Shown: positions 12,852-26,830 of the stretch, in pieces
Layout of the letters: every line of letters starts with the position of its first letter
Numbering within the stretch: the first letter of the stretch is position 1
Source: Octopus vulgaris
Taxonomy: Eukaryota
Length of the DNA: 64,000 nt
Assembly (NCBI GenBank): GCA_951406725.2
Contig: OX597822.1
Coordinates: 116,436,001 to 116,500,000, forward strand
Reading direction: 5' to 3'
Translations under genes and position numbers: made by a program
The notes under the pieces: model-generated
Told to the model about the DNA's origin: nothing
Seen by the model: the letters and a program-made list of their open reading frames with translations, nothing else
The model's database searches: none

Positions 12852-13315
12852 ATATCTGTGAAACAAACTATAGGAAATATACGCCATTACTGTAGTATTA
12901 TATATCAGTGAAATATATTGTGTGAAATATGTGAAATAACAGTAACATTTTATACTAGCAAAACTAGCTGTGTGAAATATGTGCAAGAAATCTTATACTT
13001 AAGTCAGTAAAACAAACTTTATGAAATATATGTGTTATAAATTTTATAACTTATATTAGTGACACAAACTTTATGAAATATATGTAGTGAATGTAATATT
13101 ATAGATCAGTGAAGCAAGTGGGATGGAATATGTGTTTTAAGTGGCACAAACTGTGTGAAATGTATGTATTGTGAAGGTTATATCATATATCAGAGAAACA
13201 AATTTCATAAAATATATGTCATGAGTGACACAAGCTGTATGGAATGTATGCTATAGATGACCCAAACTGCATGAAATATGTGTTTGTGCATCAGTGAAAC
13301 AAATTTTATGAAGAA
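12852..13315. repeat. Degenerate minisatellite, motif CAGTGAAACAAACTKTRTGAAATATRTG, about 11 copies
   Basis: Motif recurs every 30-55 bp with variable AT-rich spacers; related copies at 11490-11650. Confidence 0.75.
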
Positions 13316-13924
13316 CTGCATAAGAAAGCTGGCAGTTCTTAATGTCAAGTCACTACCTTTTTAAAGCACTGCTTTATAATCTGGTGACATTCTGACTCAA
13401 ATATTGGCAATAAATTGATCTAGCAACATACTGACTTGGTGAAGAATTGGCTTGAAGAGGAATTGACCACGAATATATTAACTGGTGGCAAACTGAGGAG
13501 TGGTGAATTGACTGGGTCCATTCTTGATGTGCAACAATGGCAGGACCATAGCTAGAACACCTTTGATCATAAGTTTGTTTAATTAAGATTGACCTGGAGA
13601 TAATCAAAAGCAAACAGTAATGACATCTTTGTGCACAGGTGTTGGTGTGGTTACATCTCTGTAACTTAGCAGTTTGGCAAAAGAGAATGATAGAATAAGC
13701 ACCAGGCTTAAAATGAAAATATGTACTGGGGTTGATCCATTTGACTAAAACTAATTCTTCAAGGCTGTGCCCCAGCATGGCCACAGTCTAACAACTAAAG
13801 TGAGTAAAAGATAAAAGATAAAGTCAAAGAGGAAGAAGCCTAGCCTTTCTGAGGTTATTTGTGATATGGAAATAGCAGCCAAATTACCTTCATAACACAC
13901 CCTACTGTTTTAAAATACAGGATG

Positions 13925-14345
13925 TTCCATCCATCCATCCTTCTTCTCTACTCATTATTCCTGAGAGAATTGTTGGGGGTAGAATCCCCAGGCCCCTCCT
14001 CCTCCATATGATCCAGTCAAAAGCAACTGTCATTACCCTTTCCTGCTGGATTCCCAGGTATGGTCAACACAGACCACAGACATTATCCAACCATCTCATT
14101 CTTGGTCCACCTCCAGGTCTCCTGCTCATTGCTTCAGCTTAACAAACCCGTCTTGCAATTCTGTCCTAGGACATTCTAATCACATGTTTGTAGAACCGAA
14201 GATGAGGCCCCTCAAAGCAGAGAAGTAGTAGCTTAATCTGGAGAGACACCCTGTTCAGTAACGTTACTCCAGACACCTTTCAGAGGAAACCCCAGTTCAG
14301 CTCCTTGTATTTGTGATCATATTCTTTCAGTCATAACCCATGATG
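13925..14345 (-). mobile_element. RTE-clade (Rex3/Expander-like) LINE 3' fragment
   Basis: Minus strand SWVMTERI*SQIQGAELGFL*KVSGVTLLNRV...HVIRMS*DRIARRV...RRPGGGPRMRWLDNV; (GGAT)n tail. Confidence 0.8.
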
Positions 14346-14439
14346 ACCATGGCTACAATTCCTTCCGTTCTCAGGTTTGCTTGATCAGAGAAGACCAGCA
14401 GCTGAACAACAACACCAACAACAACAATAATTTTTAAGC

Positions 14440-14847
14440 ATTCTTTTACTTGTTTCAGTCATTTGACTGCGGCCATGCTGGAGCACCACCTTTAGTTGAG
14501 CAAATCGACCCCAGGACTTATTCTTTGTAAGCATACTACTTATTCTATTGGTCTCTTTTGACGAACCGCTCAGTTACGGGGACGTAAACACACCAGCGTC
14601 AGTTGTCAAGCGATGTTGGGGCGTCAAACACAGACACACAAACATATATACATACACATACATATATATATATACATATTTATGACAGGCTTCTTTCAGT
14701 TTCCGTCTACCAAATCCACTCACAAGGCTTTGGTCGGCCCGAGTTTATAGTAGAAGACATTTGCCCAAGGTGCCACACAGTGGGACTGAACCTGGAACCA
14801 TGTGGTTGGTAAGCAAGCTACTTACCACACAGCCACTCCTATGCCTA
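14440..14847 (-). mobile_element. SINE family B, full length
   Basis: Reverse complement of 1769-2183. Confidence 0.9.
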
Positions 14848-15704
14848 TAAAGAATTTTCTTGTGGGTTCTTTTTAGTTCTTTGAGCTGAGTCTGTCCCTG
14901 GAATTTAATTAGCATGACAACCTGTCTTGTACCTTATAAACAGATTTCCTCATCTTGATTTTGTTATCAGGTAATAAATAGATAAACAGACTTAATGACA
15001 AACATAACGAAATATAATTAATTTTAACTTCCAAACACCTATTCACTTACATATCCACATATGCTTCATAAACACGTGGTGAGACACAAAGAAACACACA
15101 TGCACATATAACGCACATGCACATACATACACATGCATGCACACATACTAAAGACATACAGGTATATACACAGGTATGCATAACAAGACACACACCACAC
15201 ATACACACATACTTGTATAGTATACACAGGTATAAACAAGCCTACATATATATATTTGCATACATACTCACTTATAAACATTATACACAAAAACATACAC
15301 AAATACTTCCATATAAAAACACACACATACCTACGTGTATATATGTTAAGACAAAAAAAAAACACGATTATTCTTCATTTCAAATGTTAATTTCTAAACA
15401 TACAACACCATAAACTATCTTTTCAAATCTTACTTCTTGATACTGTATTGTCTAAAACTAATTAACTTAATATTGTAATGTCCAAAGTTAATTATATCAA
15501 GTATATAAATCTATAACACTCTATAAATTATTGCCTACTAACACACTCATAAACACACATATATGCACTTACATACACACGCATACATTATCAATTAACA
15601 GTTATTTTTCTGTTCATGCATACACATACATATATATGAATGTGTGCGCATGCACGCACACATGCACACACACACACGCATACCACACACACTCACACAA
15701 TATA

Positions 15705-15935
15705 TAATGGTAAATTTATAAGCAAAGCCATCCTTTTTTGAAGCCAGAGTTAAATCTTAAACAGGTCACACACAAACAGAAATGTCCTATATTGGTATGA
15801 GTGAAAGCAGTTTTAATAGTCACTACCCAAAACATAAGGCTACCTTCAGGAACGGAGAAAAGTCACACACACACACACACACAAACACAAGCACAGCAGC
15901 TTTATCCAATCATATATGGAAACTGAAAGAAAACT
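15705..15935 (+). pseudogene. Penelope-like GIY-YIG endonuclease fragment
   Basis: YIGMSESSFNSHYPKHKATFRN...STAALSNHIWKLKEN matches the Penelope endonuclease pattern YIGxxExxFxxRyxxHkxsF...stxLsxxiWxLK. Confidence 0.7.
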
Positions 15936-16252
15936 GTGTTTACAGTTTCAACAATCAACCACATTACCTTCAACAATCTAAAGAACACCTGGTTCTGCAT
16001 TTCTCTGCTATTGCCTCCAGTACTAAATTGAATAATAGAGTAATTAAGCAATGTCTTGATGAACACCTGCTTCTACACTAAGTTTCTCTCTAAATAACTG
16101 TCTATCCTTTCTGTGCTCATAGAATCTACTTACGACAGAGGTTCCCCAGTTTGCACAAGTCAGTTCATCAATTTCACTAAGTTGACAGAATGTCAAGAAC
16201 TTCCTCTAGGTTGACAAATGAAAAGTAGCCTTACTTATTCTTAGATACCATT

Positions 16253-16287
<35 letters not shown>

Positions 16288-16288
<1 letters not shown>

Positions 16289-17578
16289 GAGAGGCGTTCA
16301 ATAAGTAATGCCCCTGACCCACTTCCGATAGCAGTAGAGCAACGAAACTTGGCACAGTTATTAGTCTTTTTCTACATAGGAACCACCCAGAGTTACGCAT
16401 TTCTCCCATCGTTTGATGCGGCTCTGGAGACCGTTTTTGTAGAAGAACCCAGCTTGGTCCTCCAACCTCAACGTGACTTCAGAAATCAAGGCTGCATCAT
16501 CTGGGAAACGCTTTCCTTTCAAAAACAACTTCATGATTGGGAAGAGGTGAAAATCAGAGGGTGCAAGGTAAGGAAAGTAGGGGGGATGGGGAGGAGTTCA
16601 TAGCCATACGCCTGTGCTTCTGATCTGGCGACAAGCGAGTTGTGGATCGGAGCGTTGTCCTGCAGGAGGAGGATGCCTTTGCTGATCTTGCCCCGCCTCT
16701 TGATTTTGATAACTTCTCTTAATTTCCTCAAAAGTGAAGCATAATAGGCTCCTGCAATTGTGGTACCCTTTGCCAGGAAATCTGTCATCACTACTCCGTC
16801 CTGGTCCTAGAAGACTGTGAGCATGACCTTGCCAGCGGAAGGCTGCACCCTTGCCTTCTTTGGAGGGGGTGAGTCACAGTGATTCCACTGCATTGACTGG
16901 GCTTTGGTCTCTGGATCATCGTGATGGACCCAGGTTTCATCCTGTGTAATCAGTCTTTTGAAAAATTTTGACTCATCTTCTTGGCACATCTCCAAATTCA
17001 CCCTCGAGCACTCGACACCTTCTTGCTTCTGGAAAGGTGTGAGCAACCTGGGAATCCATCTGGCAGACACCTTTTGCATATGCAAATGGTCATGAATGAT
17101 AGTTTCCACAGACCCGGTACTAATCTTGACTTCATGGGCTATTTGGCGAATAATTATGCGTCGATCTTCCAAAATGGCAGCCTCAACTTGACGGACAGAT
17201 GCCTCATCAATAGCAGAAGGAGGCGACCAGATCTGGGAGCTGTTTCCACAGAGTTCCGACCATGTTTGAATTCACGATGCCAGCGTTTTACAAGGTCATA
17301 TGATGGGGCATCATCACCATAAGTTACTTTCATTTCATCAAAAGTCTCCCGTGGTGTGCGTCCTTTCAAATACAAAAACCAGATCACTGCTCGACACTCA
17401 ACAGGCTCCATTTCACACTTGACTCAGTTCAAACACCTGTAAATCAGAAACCACAATTAATTCAGAGCTGTAATTTGCCACTTACTCTATAGAGATATAA
17501 ATGATTGCACATACAAAATTTCAGCTAGATCAAACAACTGCAAGTGGGTCAGAGGCATTACTTATTGAACGTCCCTCG
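16288..17578 (-). mobile_element. Full-length mariner element (1291 bp) with frameshifted transposase (16361-17411)
   Basis: 37-bp TIRs CGAGAGGCGTTCAATAAGTAATGCCCCTGACCCACTT; motifs WIPRLLT, TQDETW, LLQDNAP, PPYFPYLAPSDF; inserted in (TA)n. Confidence 0.95.
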
Positions 17579-17692
17579 TATATATATAGGGTAAGGTTAA
17601 TTAATTGATCAAATAATCAATTGATTGATAATTAATAATTCTACCAAGTAATCAGTAAGTTAAAATAACCTTTTTAGGTGAATAATACAAAA

Positions 17693-18050
17693 TATTCTAT
17701 AATTATATACATAATTATAATCAGGGTTTAGCTAATTGCTTCGTCATGTGCCGAAATTAGAAACAGACGCTAATGTTATTTCAGCTACCATAAGTATCTC
17801 TGAGACAATAGCACGCTTTTTTATGTAGGCAAAAAGAAGAATGATGAATCCACACAACTTCGATTAATCATAGACATGTTTTGAGATTAAAGTAAATTAT
17901 ATTTACCAATTTCTCTTCTCAGTGTGATATTTCAAGTTATAAATTTGCGAGTGTTAGAATTAAATATGTATGCGATCAAGTGTCATCGCATAACTGATAT
18001 TCAACCAATTAGCTGACCCCTGATTATAATTATGTATATAATTATAGAAT
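17693..18050. repeat. Fold-back element with 45-bp inverted ends enclosing a decayed hammerhead (minus strand, 17867-17928)
   Basis: ATTCTATAATTATATACATAATTATAATCAGGG / CCCTGATTATAATTATGTATATAATTATAGAAT. Internal minus strand ATCACA-CTGAGAA-GAGA...TCTC-AAAA-CATG-TC-TATGAT has two core mismatches. Confidence 0.7.
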
Positions 18051-18335
18051 CATCATCATCATCATCATCGTTTAGCGTCCGCTTTCCATGCTAGCATAGG
18101 TTGGACGGTTCAACTGGGGTCTGGGAAGCCAGAAGGCTGCACCAGGCCCAGTCTGATTTGGCAATGTTTCTACGGCTGGATGCCCTTCCTTACGCCAACC
18201 ACTCCGAGGGTGTAGTGGGTGCTTTTTATGTGCCAGACGAGGCTGGCAAACAGCCACGATCGGATGGTGCTTTTTACGTGCCACTGGCACAGAGGCCAGG
18301 CGAGGCTGGCAATGGCCACGATCAGATGGTGCTTT
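18050..18335 (-). mobile_element. RTE LINE 3' fragment (family A)
   Basis: (ATC)n, conserved 3' block and two tandem units. Confidence 0.85.
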
Positions 18336-18340
18336 ATATA

Positions 18341-18487
18341 TAATTCCTTTTGGAATAGTAAATCTTGAAGTAGATAAAGCTATGAATAATAGCATGTAAA
18401 TATTGGGTTAAAGAACTCTTTGGACAGAAAAGTCAAAGCCTTTATCTACTCCAAGATTCACATTCACCATTGCAAAAAAAGGAATTA
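18341..18487. repeat. Short fold-back element
   Basis: TAATTCCTTTT...AATCTTGAAGTAGATAAAG is mirrored by CTTTATCTACTCCAAGATT...AAAAGGAATTA. Confidence 0.7.
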
Positions 18488-18694
18488 CTTCATGTTCTCT
18501 CAAAGTTATTAAGTTCTTATAACATCAACAATATACAAGTACACATATATATATATATTACGGATATGTACTTGCATAGCAAGTGACTTGATCTGAGATT
18601 GTGTGCTGAAACAAAAACGATTGCAGAGTGGGAGGAGTTTATAAGCCATTTAAAAGCCCACAAAAACCATTAGATTCATCACTAAAGCCAGCCG

Positions 18695-19925
18695 TACAGC
18701 TTCAATATGTTGATGATACCTTTATTCTCTGGCCCCCACCAGGAAGATGTCCAATTACTGGTCGATCATATGAACTCAATAAAGCCATCCATACAGTTCA
18801 CAATGGAAAAGGGAAAAGACAATCCGCTGGCATTCATGGATGTATTAATAACACACACTGAGTATGGTTTCAGGACAACTGTATACCACAAGCCAACCTT
18901 CATTGGACAATATCTCAATTTCAATTCCCACCATCCACACAGTTTAAAGAGAGGGATTGCTCAATGCCTAAAACATCAAGCAAAGACTGTCAGTAGCGAT
19001 CCTGATACACACCACAAAGAAATGATCAGGCTAAGAAACAATCTGCTATGCAACAACTACCCAGAAAACATACTATCCACTCCAATTATAAAGAAAAGAG
19101 GGGATGAAACCCATAAACTGACCACAGTCTGTCTACCCTGTGTCAAAGGCCTCTCGGAAAAGATACAAAAGATATGCGGTTCATTTGACATCTGAACAGT
19201 ATTGAGAAGTAACAGAACACTTTGCAAAATATCTTCTCTGAGAAGAACCACCCAGACAAAAGAATGTGGCCCCAAACTGCATGTAGTCCATCCCTTGCAT
19301 TTCTGGTAGGTTATGCAAAGGCGAAACATGCTGCCCCCTTAAAATAGGGGTTGAGGAACATCGAAAAGCTGTGACATGAGGGAATATTGAAAAACTGAGT
19401 ATAGCCGATCCTGTGTGGATAAACAGAGACCACCTACCTCTGGGGGATGAAGTTAAAATAATCGACAGCGAACCCTACTGGAAAATAAGGAAATTAAAAG
19501 AGGCAGCACATATGCAAGGACCCAATAACTTCCTAAGCAGACCGAGTGCAGATATGAATGTAATATGGAAACGGTATTATGAAAAGATAAAATATTAGTT
19601 TATAAGCTGAAAAATTCACTCTATAATTGCCTACGGACATATAGCATAGTGGATAAGAGCATGAGCTACTAACCCTCAGACTCTGAGTTCAATCCCAATT
19701 AACAGAAAAAAATAACTTCAGCAAAAATGAATGCCTTAGGAATGAGAACAGAGTACCCTATTAGTCAAATAAAGGGCTGGGTTCGAAATTCCACTAGAAC
19801 ACCTGATGCAGGCTGGAGAGTACATCAACCGAAATGTTGTGGTAACAACAAAGAAGGCGAGGACACCTATCCATCGATTGTAAATAATGTACATAATTCC
19901 TCATCTCAAAAATATAGAATAGTAT
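18695..19925 (+). mobile_element. 5'-truncated Penelope-like retroelement (RT C-terminus, GIY-YIG, terminal repeat with hammerhead)
   Basis: YVDDTFILW, SIQFTMEK, LAFMDVLI, TVYHKPT, YLNFNSHHP, EEHRKAV, WKIRKLKEAAHM; contains frameshifts and stops. Confidence 0.92.
19798..19843 (+). ncRNA. Penelope minimal hammerhead ribozyme (decayed)
   Basis: AACAC-CTGATGC-A-GGCTG gagagtacat CAACC-GAAA-TG-TT-GTGGT, at the expected position in the Penelope terminal repeat. Confidence 0.7.
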
Positions 19926-19937
19926 ATACATTATTGT

Positions 19938-20213
19938 GGAGGTACATGGCCTAATGGTTAGAGCAGTGGACATGAGGTCGAGGGATCGCAGGTTTGAATC
20001 TCAGACCGAGCGATGTGTGTGTTTATGAGCGAAACACCTAAGCTCCACGCGGCACCGGCAGAACTTCTGCCGACTCTTTCGCCACAACTTTCTCTCACTC
20101 TTTCCTCCTGCATCTTGCAGCTCACTGGCGTCCCGTCCAGGTGCGGAACCTATATGCCAAGGAAACTGGGAAACCGGCCCTTATGAGCCAGGCACAGCTT
20201 GAGAAGGAACAAA
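19938..20213 (+). mobile_element. tRNA-derived SINE family D (tRNA-Arg-like head)
   Basis: A box TGGCCTAATGG, B box GGTTTGAATCT, ACTGGCGTCCCGTCCAGG body; second copy starts at 40606. Confidence 0.85.
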
Positions 20214-20550
20214 TATACATTGTTGTCATTGTTCTCGTCATTGACACTGTCATCATCATTGTTGTTGTCATAGTCATCATCATCATCATCATCATCATTA
20301 TTGTTATTAAAGATACTGAAATTTCAACATCATGTGGCCTGCCTCGACCGGTAGCAGCGCAGTTTCCAGCAGCCACCTGAGACTTCCTGCATCACTCTAT
20401 TTGGTTGCCTGAGCTCAATGAGCCCACGAAAATTGCATGGGGGTCAAATCAAACTGTTTTGAATAATAATACATGCAACTCCTACTAAATATGTTGAGTG
20501 CCTCTTTCTTTTGTTTGTGTATATTTTATATTCGTATATATATACATATA

Positions 20551-21225
20551 TCATCATCATCATCATCATCGTTTAGCGTCCGTTTTCCATGCTAGCATGG
20601 GTTGGACGGTTCTACTGGGGTCTGAGAAGCCAGAAGGCTTCATCAGGCCCAGTCAAATCTGGCAGTGTTTCTACGGCTGGATGCCCTTCCTAACGCCAAC
20701 CACTCCGTGAGTGTAGTGGGTGCTTTTTACGTGCCACCCGCACAATCTTATCCAATTTCTACAGTTGTCACCTACTCTTCTCTCTCTCTTGTTTACAATT
20801 CTTCAACACTTTTCTTTATTATATTCATCCTCACATCCATTCTCTGTCTCTAACCATCCCTCACTCTCTCCCACACATTCTTGCAACCTCTACCCACGTA
20901 CACTTCCTATTCTCGTGCCCTCCCCTCTCACTTTTGCTCACTCCCATGTCTTGAGGGTTCACCCTGACACATCATCATCATCGATTAGCGTCTGCTTTCC
21001 ATGCTAGCATGGGTTGGACGGTTTAACTGGGGTCTGGGAAGCCAGAAGGCTGCACCAGGCCCAGTCTGATGTGGCAATGTCTCTACGGCTGGATGCCCTT
21101 CCTAATTCCAACCACTCCATAACTATTTTTTTTTATCTTTCCAGCTCCACACCAGCCAGTTGCCATATTGCTCTGCTACATTGACCTTTGCCTCTCATTC
21201 CATAGCATAAAGCTACCTCCCTCTC

Positions 21226-21276
<51 letters not shown>

Positions 21277-21540
21277 ATGTATATGTGTGTGGGACGTAAA
21301 AAGCACCATCCGATCGTGGCCGTTTGCCAGCCTCATCTGGCACCTGTGTCGGTGGCACGTAAAAAGCACCCACTACACTCACGGAGTGGTTGGCGTTAGG
21401 AAGGGCATCCAGCTGTAGAAACATTGCCAGATCAGACTGGGCCTGGTGCAGCCTTCTGGCTTCTCAGACCCCAGTTGCACCGTTCAACCCATGCCAGCAT
21501 GGAAAGTGGACGCTAAATAATGATGATGATGATGATGATA
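20551..21540. mobile_element. Cluster of three family A RTE 3' fragments (20551-20742 -, 20970-21120 -, 21292-21540 +)
   Basis: Conserved 3' block and (ATC)/(GAT) tails. Confidence 0.85.
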
Positions 21541-21562
21541 TATGTATATGTATGTATGTATG

Positions 21563-21594
<32 letters not shown>

Positions 21595-21725
21595 CAAGAG
21601 GCTACCTTCAGTTTCTGTCTCCCAAATCAACTCACAAGGCTTTACTCAGGCTATAGTGGAAGACACTTGCCCAAGGTACTACGCAGTGGGACTGAACCCA
21701 GAACCATATGGTTGGGAAGCAAATA

Positions 21726-22621
21726 TCATAAATCTTCAGGTATAATCCGAATTTTTTTCCCAAAATTTAAAGGTCAAAATCCCTAGTGCGTACTATATAA
21801 GAGGTTAAATATGAAAAATATTTTCTAAGCAATGCTCGAGTCTCCATTTGCTGTCCGACAATGTTTATTCAGACACATTTTGTGATGCCTGAAAGCAATG
21901 AAGGCATAAAAGAATCATCCATAACTTGCAGTAAGCAACATTTATTAAAATGAAAGTATTCAGAACACAGAATAACATGTAACAAAAACAATTTGCAAGC
22001 ATATTTACATTCCCATATAACAGTTAAGAACATCACCATTATTGTATTACACATGTGCGGAAGTGTTTGTTCGACTAGGTGCTGCTGGCTTAATTACGCA
22101 CGAATTGTGCTTAATAGTTTAACGCTAAATAGCTCATCCAGCTGTTTGTATTGGCTGTTTACATCATTACCGTGGCAAACAATAGATACTTAATTAAATA
22201 CCAGTATTAAATGTTTGAACTACTGTGGGTCTTTACTAGGGTTTTTTTATAAGCGGGACTTAAACTTGTACATTAATCACCAATAAAACATTTTATACAT
22301 AACATACCCATAAAATGCCTTGTAGATCTTATTCAGCTATTTTTTAACTTGAAGTTACATCATATGCTGAAGAGCATGGTAATAGGGTCGCCAGAAGAAA
22401 ATTTGAAAAGCTACACGTTTGCAGTATGTTATATATACAATAATAATAAAGGACGTTACCGTAGACATTTTTACAAACCAAGGATGTTATATAGACCTCC
22501 TTGACTCAAGTTAGAGAAGGGGTGCATATTATACACAAGGTTTAGGTTTTTCGGAGGTACATCCCCCTAAAAATCCCCTGCATATTATACTCAAGGGCGG
22601 ACTATACTCGAGGATTTACGG
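21726..22621 (+). mobile_element. Non-autonomous pogo/Tigger-like DNA transposon
   Basis: TIR ..TAAATC(C)TC.AGTATAATCCG / CGGACTATACTCGAGGATTTACGG with TA TSD; remnant MPCRSYSAIF*LEVTSYAEEHGNRVARRKFE (Brinker-type DNA-binding domain) at 22314-22410. Confidence 0.85.
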
Positions 22622-22868
22622 TATGCTTTTGTTCTTTTAGTTGTATCAGTCTTTAGACTGCAGCCACACTGGGTCACCACCTTGATGGATTTTAGTCAAA
22701 CTAATCAATGCCAGTACTTATTTCCTCTGTAAGCCTGGTACTTATTCTATCGGTCACTTTTGCTGAACCGCTAAGTTACAAGGACATAAACACACTAACA
22801 CCAGTTGTCATGCAGTAGTGGGGGCCAAATACATACACACACACACACACACATACATGTACAGATAT

Positions 22869-23049
22869 CTTCCTAACGCCAACCACACTACACTCTCGGA
22901 GTGGTTGGCGTTAGGAAGGGCATCCAGCTGTAGAAACTCTGCCAGATCAGATTGGAGTCTGGTGCAGCCATCTGGTTCGCCACTCCTCAGTCAAATCGTT
23001 CAACCCATGCTAGCATGGAAAGCGGATGTTAAATGATTATGATGATGAT

Positions 23050-23081
<32 letters not shown>

Positions 23082-23195
23082 GATATAGAACATTGCCAGA
23101 TCAGACTGGGCCTGGTGCAGCCTTCTGGCTTCCCAGACCCCAGTTGCACTGTCCAACCCATGCCAGCATGGAAAACGGACGCTAAACGATGATGA

Positions 23196-23200
<5 letters not shown>
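22869..23200 (+). mobile_element. Two family A RTE 3' fragments within a split SINE B (22630-23398, minus)
   Basis: The first fragment has a short inverted 5' end CTTCCTAACGCCAACCAC; SINE B halves lie on both sides. Confidence 0.8.
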
Positions 23201-23241
<41 letters not shown>

Positions 23242-23789
23242 CAGGCTTCTTTCAGTTTCCATCAACAATATCCACTCACAAGGCTTCGGTTGGCTGGAGG
23301 CTATAGCAGAAAACATTTGCTCAAGGTGTCACACAGCGGGGTTGAACCCAGGACCACGTGGCTGGGAAGCAAACTTTTTACTACACAGCCACACCTGTGA
23401 ACTATTCCTGTACCCCTTTCACACCCTGGTTGCTTATCAATCTGCTCAACACCCTACTTCCCTCTTTGTGAAACCGTTGTTTGCACTGGGCACACATAAA
23501 CGACTTCTTAAGTTCTTAACCTACTTTCTCACTCCATATCGATCAAGAATGTTGTTCAGTCTTTTAGCAATCAGTAGGTGAGGCCTCCTGACCCGTTCAG
23601 TGTAGGGCCCTAGGTCATACAACCTTAGTTTGGAGGCATTTCTGCAACACCTTTTCACGGACAGATTCTGTAACATAAACCAGATTTTTAGCATTTAAAA
23701 GTTCCTGAGGGCAATCTTTTGAATCTCTGTGTTACTGCCTGGAGAACTAAAATATTCCATGTCATCCACATGGCTCTACATGTGTACCT

Positions 23790-23797
23790 GCATGCAT

Positions 23798-23850
<53 letters not shown>

Positions 23851-24238
23851 TGCCTATGCGACTGTCTCTGTGTGACTGTGAGTTTGTGTATGAATGTCTG
23901 TATTTGTGTACCAGTGTGTGTGTATATTTGGGTGCCTAGGGTGACTGCGAATATGTATGTGTATGTAGGTGTGTGAGTGTGCCTATCTGTGTTTGCTATA
24001 CGCTTGTCTATGTGTATGTGTATGTGTCAGTGCTTTATATACTTATATATGAATCTGAGTGTGCCTCTATGCATCAGAGCATGACAATATGTGTGTATGT
24101 GTGCGTATGCATATGTGTGTGTATATGTATGAGAGAGAGAGAGAAAGTGGGAGGGAGAGAGAGTGGTATAGAGAGAATGGTAGAGAGGGTGAGAAAATGG
24201 GAGAGAAAGAGAGAGAGAGTGGTAGAGAGAGAGGGAGT

Positions 24239-24275
<37 letters not shown>

Positions 24276-24321
24276 CTGTATTTCTATCTATATGTGCTAA
24301 TGTGTTACCATCAGTATAGTG

Positions 24322-24378
<57 letters not shown>

Positions 24379-24380
24379 TG

Positions 24381-24418
<38 letters not shown>

Positions 24419-24622
24419 GTTGTAGTAGTAGTAGTAATAGTACCAGATGTATTTTACTGAATTCAATTTAATAAAGCACACTCCCCCCCATGCCCACCAC
24501 CACAATCACCACCACCACCATTCCTGCCTCATATCTGTAAATATTACAAAAAGCACACACCCTTCCAATCACCCATCTTTGCAAACAAAACAAACAAGTA
24601 AACACACAAACAACAAACCAGC

Positions 24623-24665
<43 letters not shown>

Positions 24666-24670
24666 ATTAG
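23790..24670. repeat. Compound microsatellites (TG)n, (GA)n, (ATA)n, (AAAT)n
   Basis: Direct inspection. Confidence 0.95.
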
Positions 24671-25087
24671 ATAAATTAAACAGGCCCTTAATTACTGCAG
24701 ATGGTTATTTCTCAGACCTTATGCGCTGAAAAACCTACAGCTACATATAATAAATCACAAGTTCCCCAACCAGAGTCCTGCTATTGAAAAGCAGCTTTGC
24801 CACTCTCAGACTTAATCAATGACAAAACAAAATGTGTTTAATGGTCAAAAAAACCCAGCCGTCGTCACAGCAACTTGTTATTTCCCTGTTGATTCTCACT
24901 TCAACAAAATCTTTTCAGTGTTGCAATTCCAATGTAATTATTATTCACAGATTTAAAATCTAAAAAAACGAAAAAAAAAAAATTTTCAAAAATTTGAAAT
25001 AAAAGCAAAAATTTCTTTTAATTTGGAAGGTCTTAGATTTTAATTAAGTATTTTGGTTGTTTTCTTGTTTTCTCTGTATTTCTGGGA

Positions 25088-26100
<1,013 letters not shown>

Positions 26101-26793
26101 CAATAAATTGTTTTAAAGAAATACGAACTGTATTCTCAGGGTGGCATTAAGAACGAAATAATAGTAGATCTAGATGATAATTTTTATTGTTGCTATAGTT
26201 GTTGTTGTTGTTATTGTCATCCGTGTTGTTGTTATTGTTGTTGTTCTTCTTCTTCTAGTTGCAGTCATTTATTTAATAACATTTTTTTCCACATTTTATT
26301 TATTTAATTGCATTTTTATTTATTCGTTTCTAAATTTCTTTCTAAGATATTTCCTTGATGAGAAAACCATCTTATAATTTGCCAAGTGATATATCTTCAA
26401 CAGGTGTTTAGTTTTCAATACCACACTTACTTTCTTCTACATCTGTAATGGTTGCCAGTCCCAATGAAACATGTCTTTTAAATTAGATGTTGCCTTACAC
26501 AGACAAATGCGTTTTCCTTTTTCTCTTGCTTTCTTTCTTTTTTTTCTCTTTTTCTTGCTTTCCCCATTTCAAGTTTTATTTATCTAGGAGGTAGGAGGTC
26601 TCTACCCTTAACTATTAAAACCCCGCCTAATCTAGGATTGTGGGTTATGGGTTGTGAATGTGAGTGGTTGTGGGGACGGTGTGTTAGTGCAGTCAATATT
26701 TAATTTTAATTGTTATATTATGTATAATATTACCGTTGCTCACTCTTTTCCAATCATTTTGTTTAAATGTGTGTGTGTGTGATTTGCAAATGC

Positions 26794-26830
<37 letters not shown>

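Noticed and set aside
12852-13315. CRISPR-like repeat-spacer appearance
   Set aside because: Repeats are degenerate and non-palindromic, spacers are irregular, there are no cas genes, and the context is eukaryotic.
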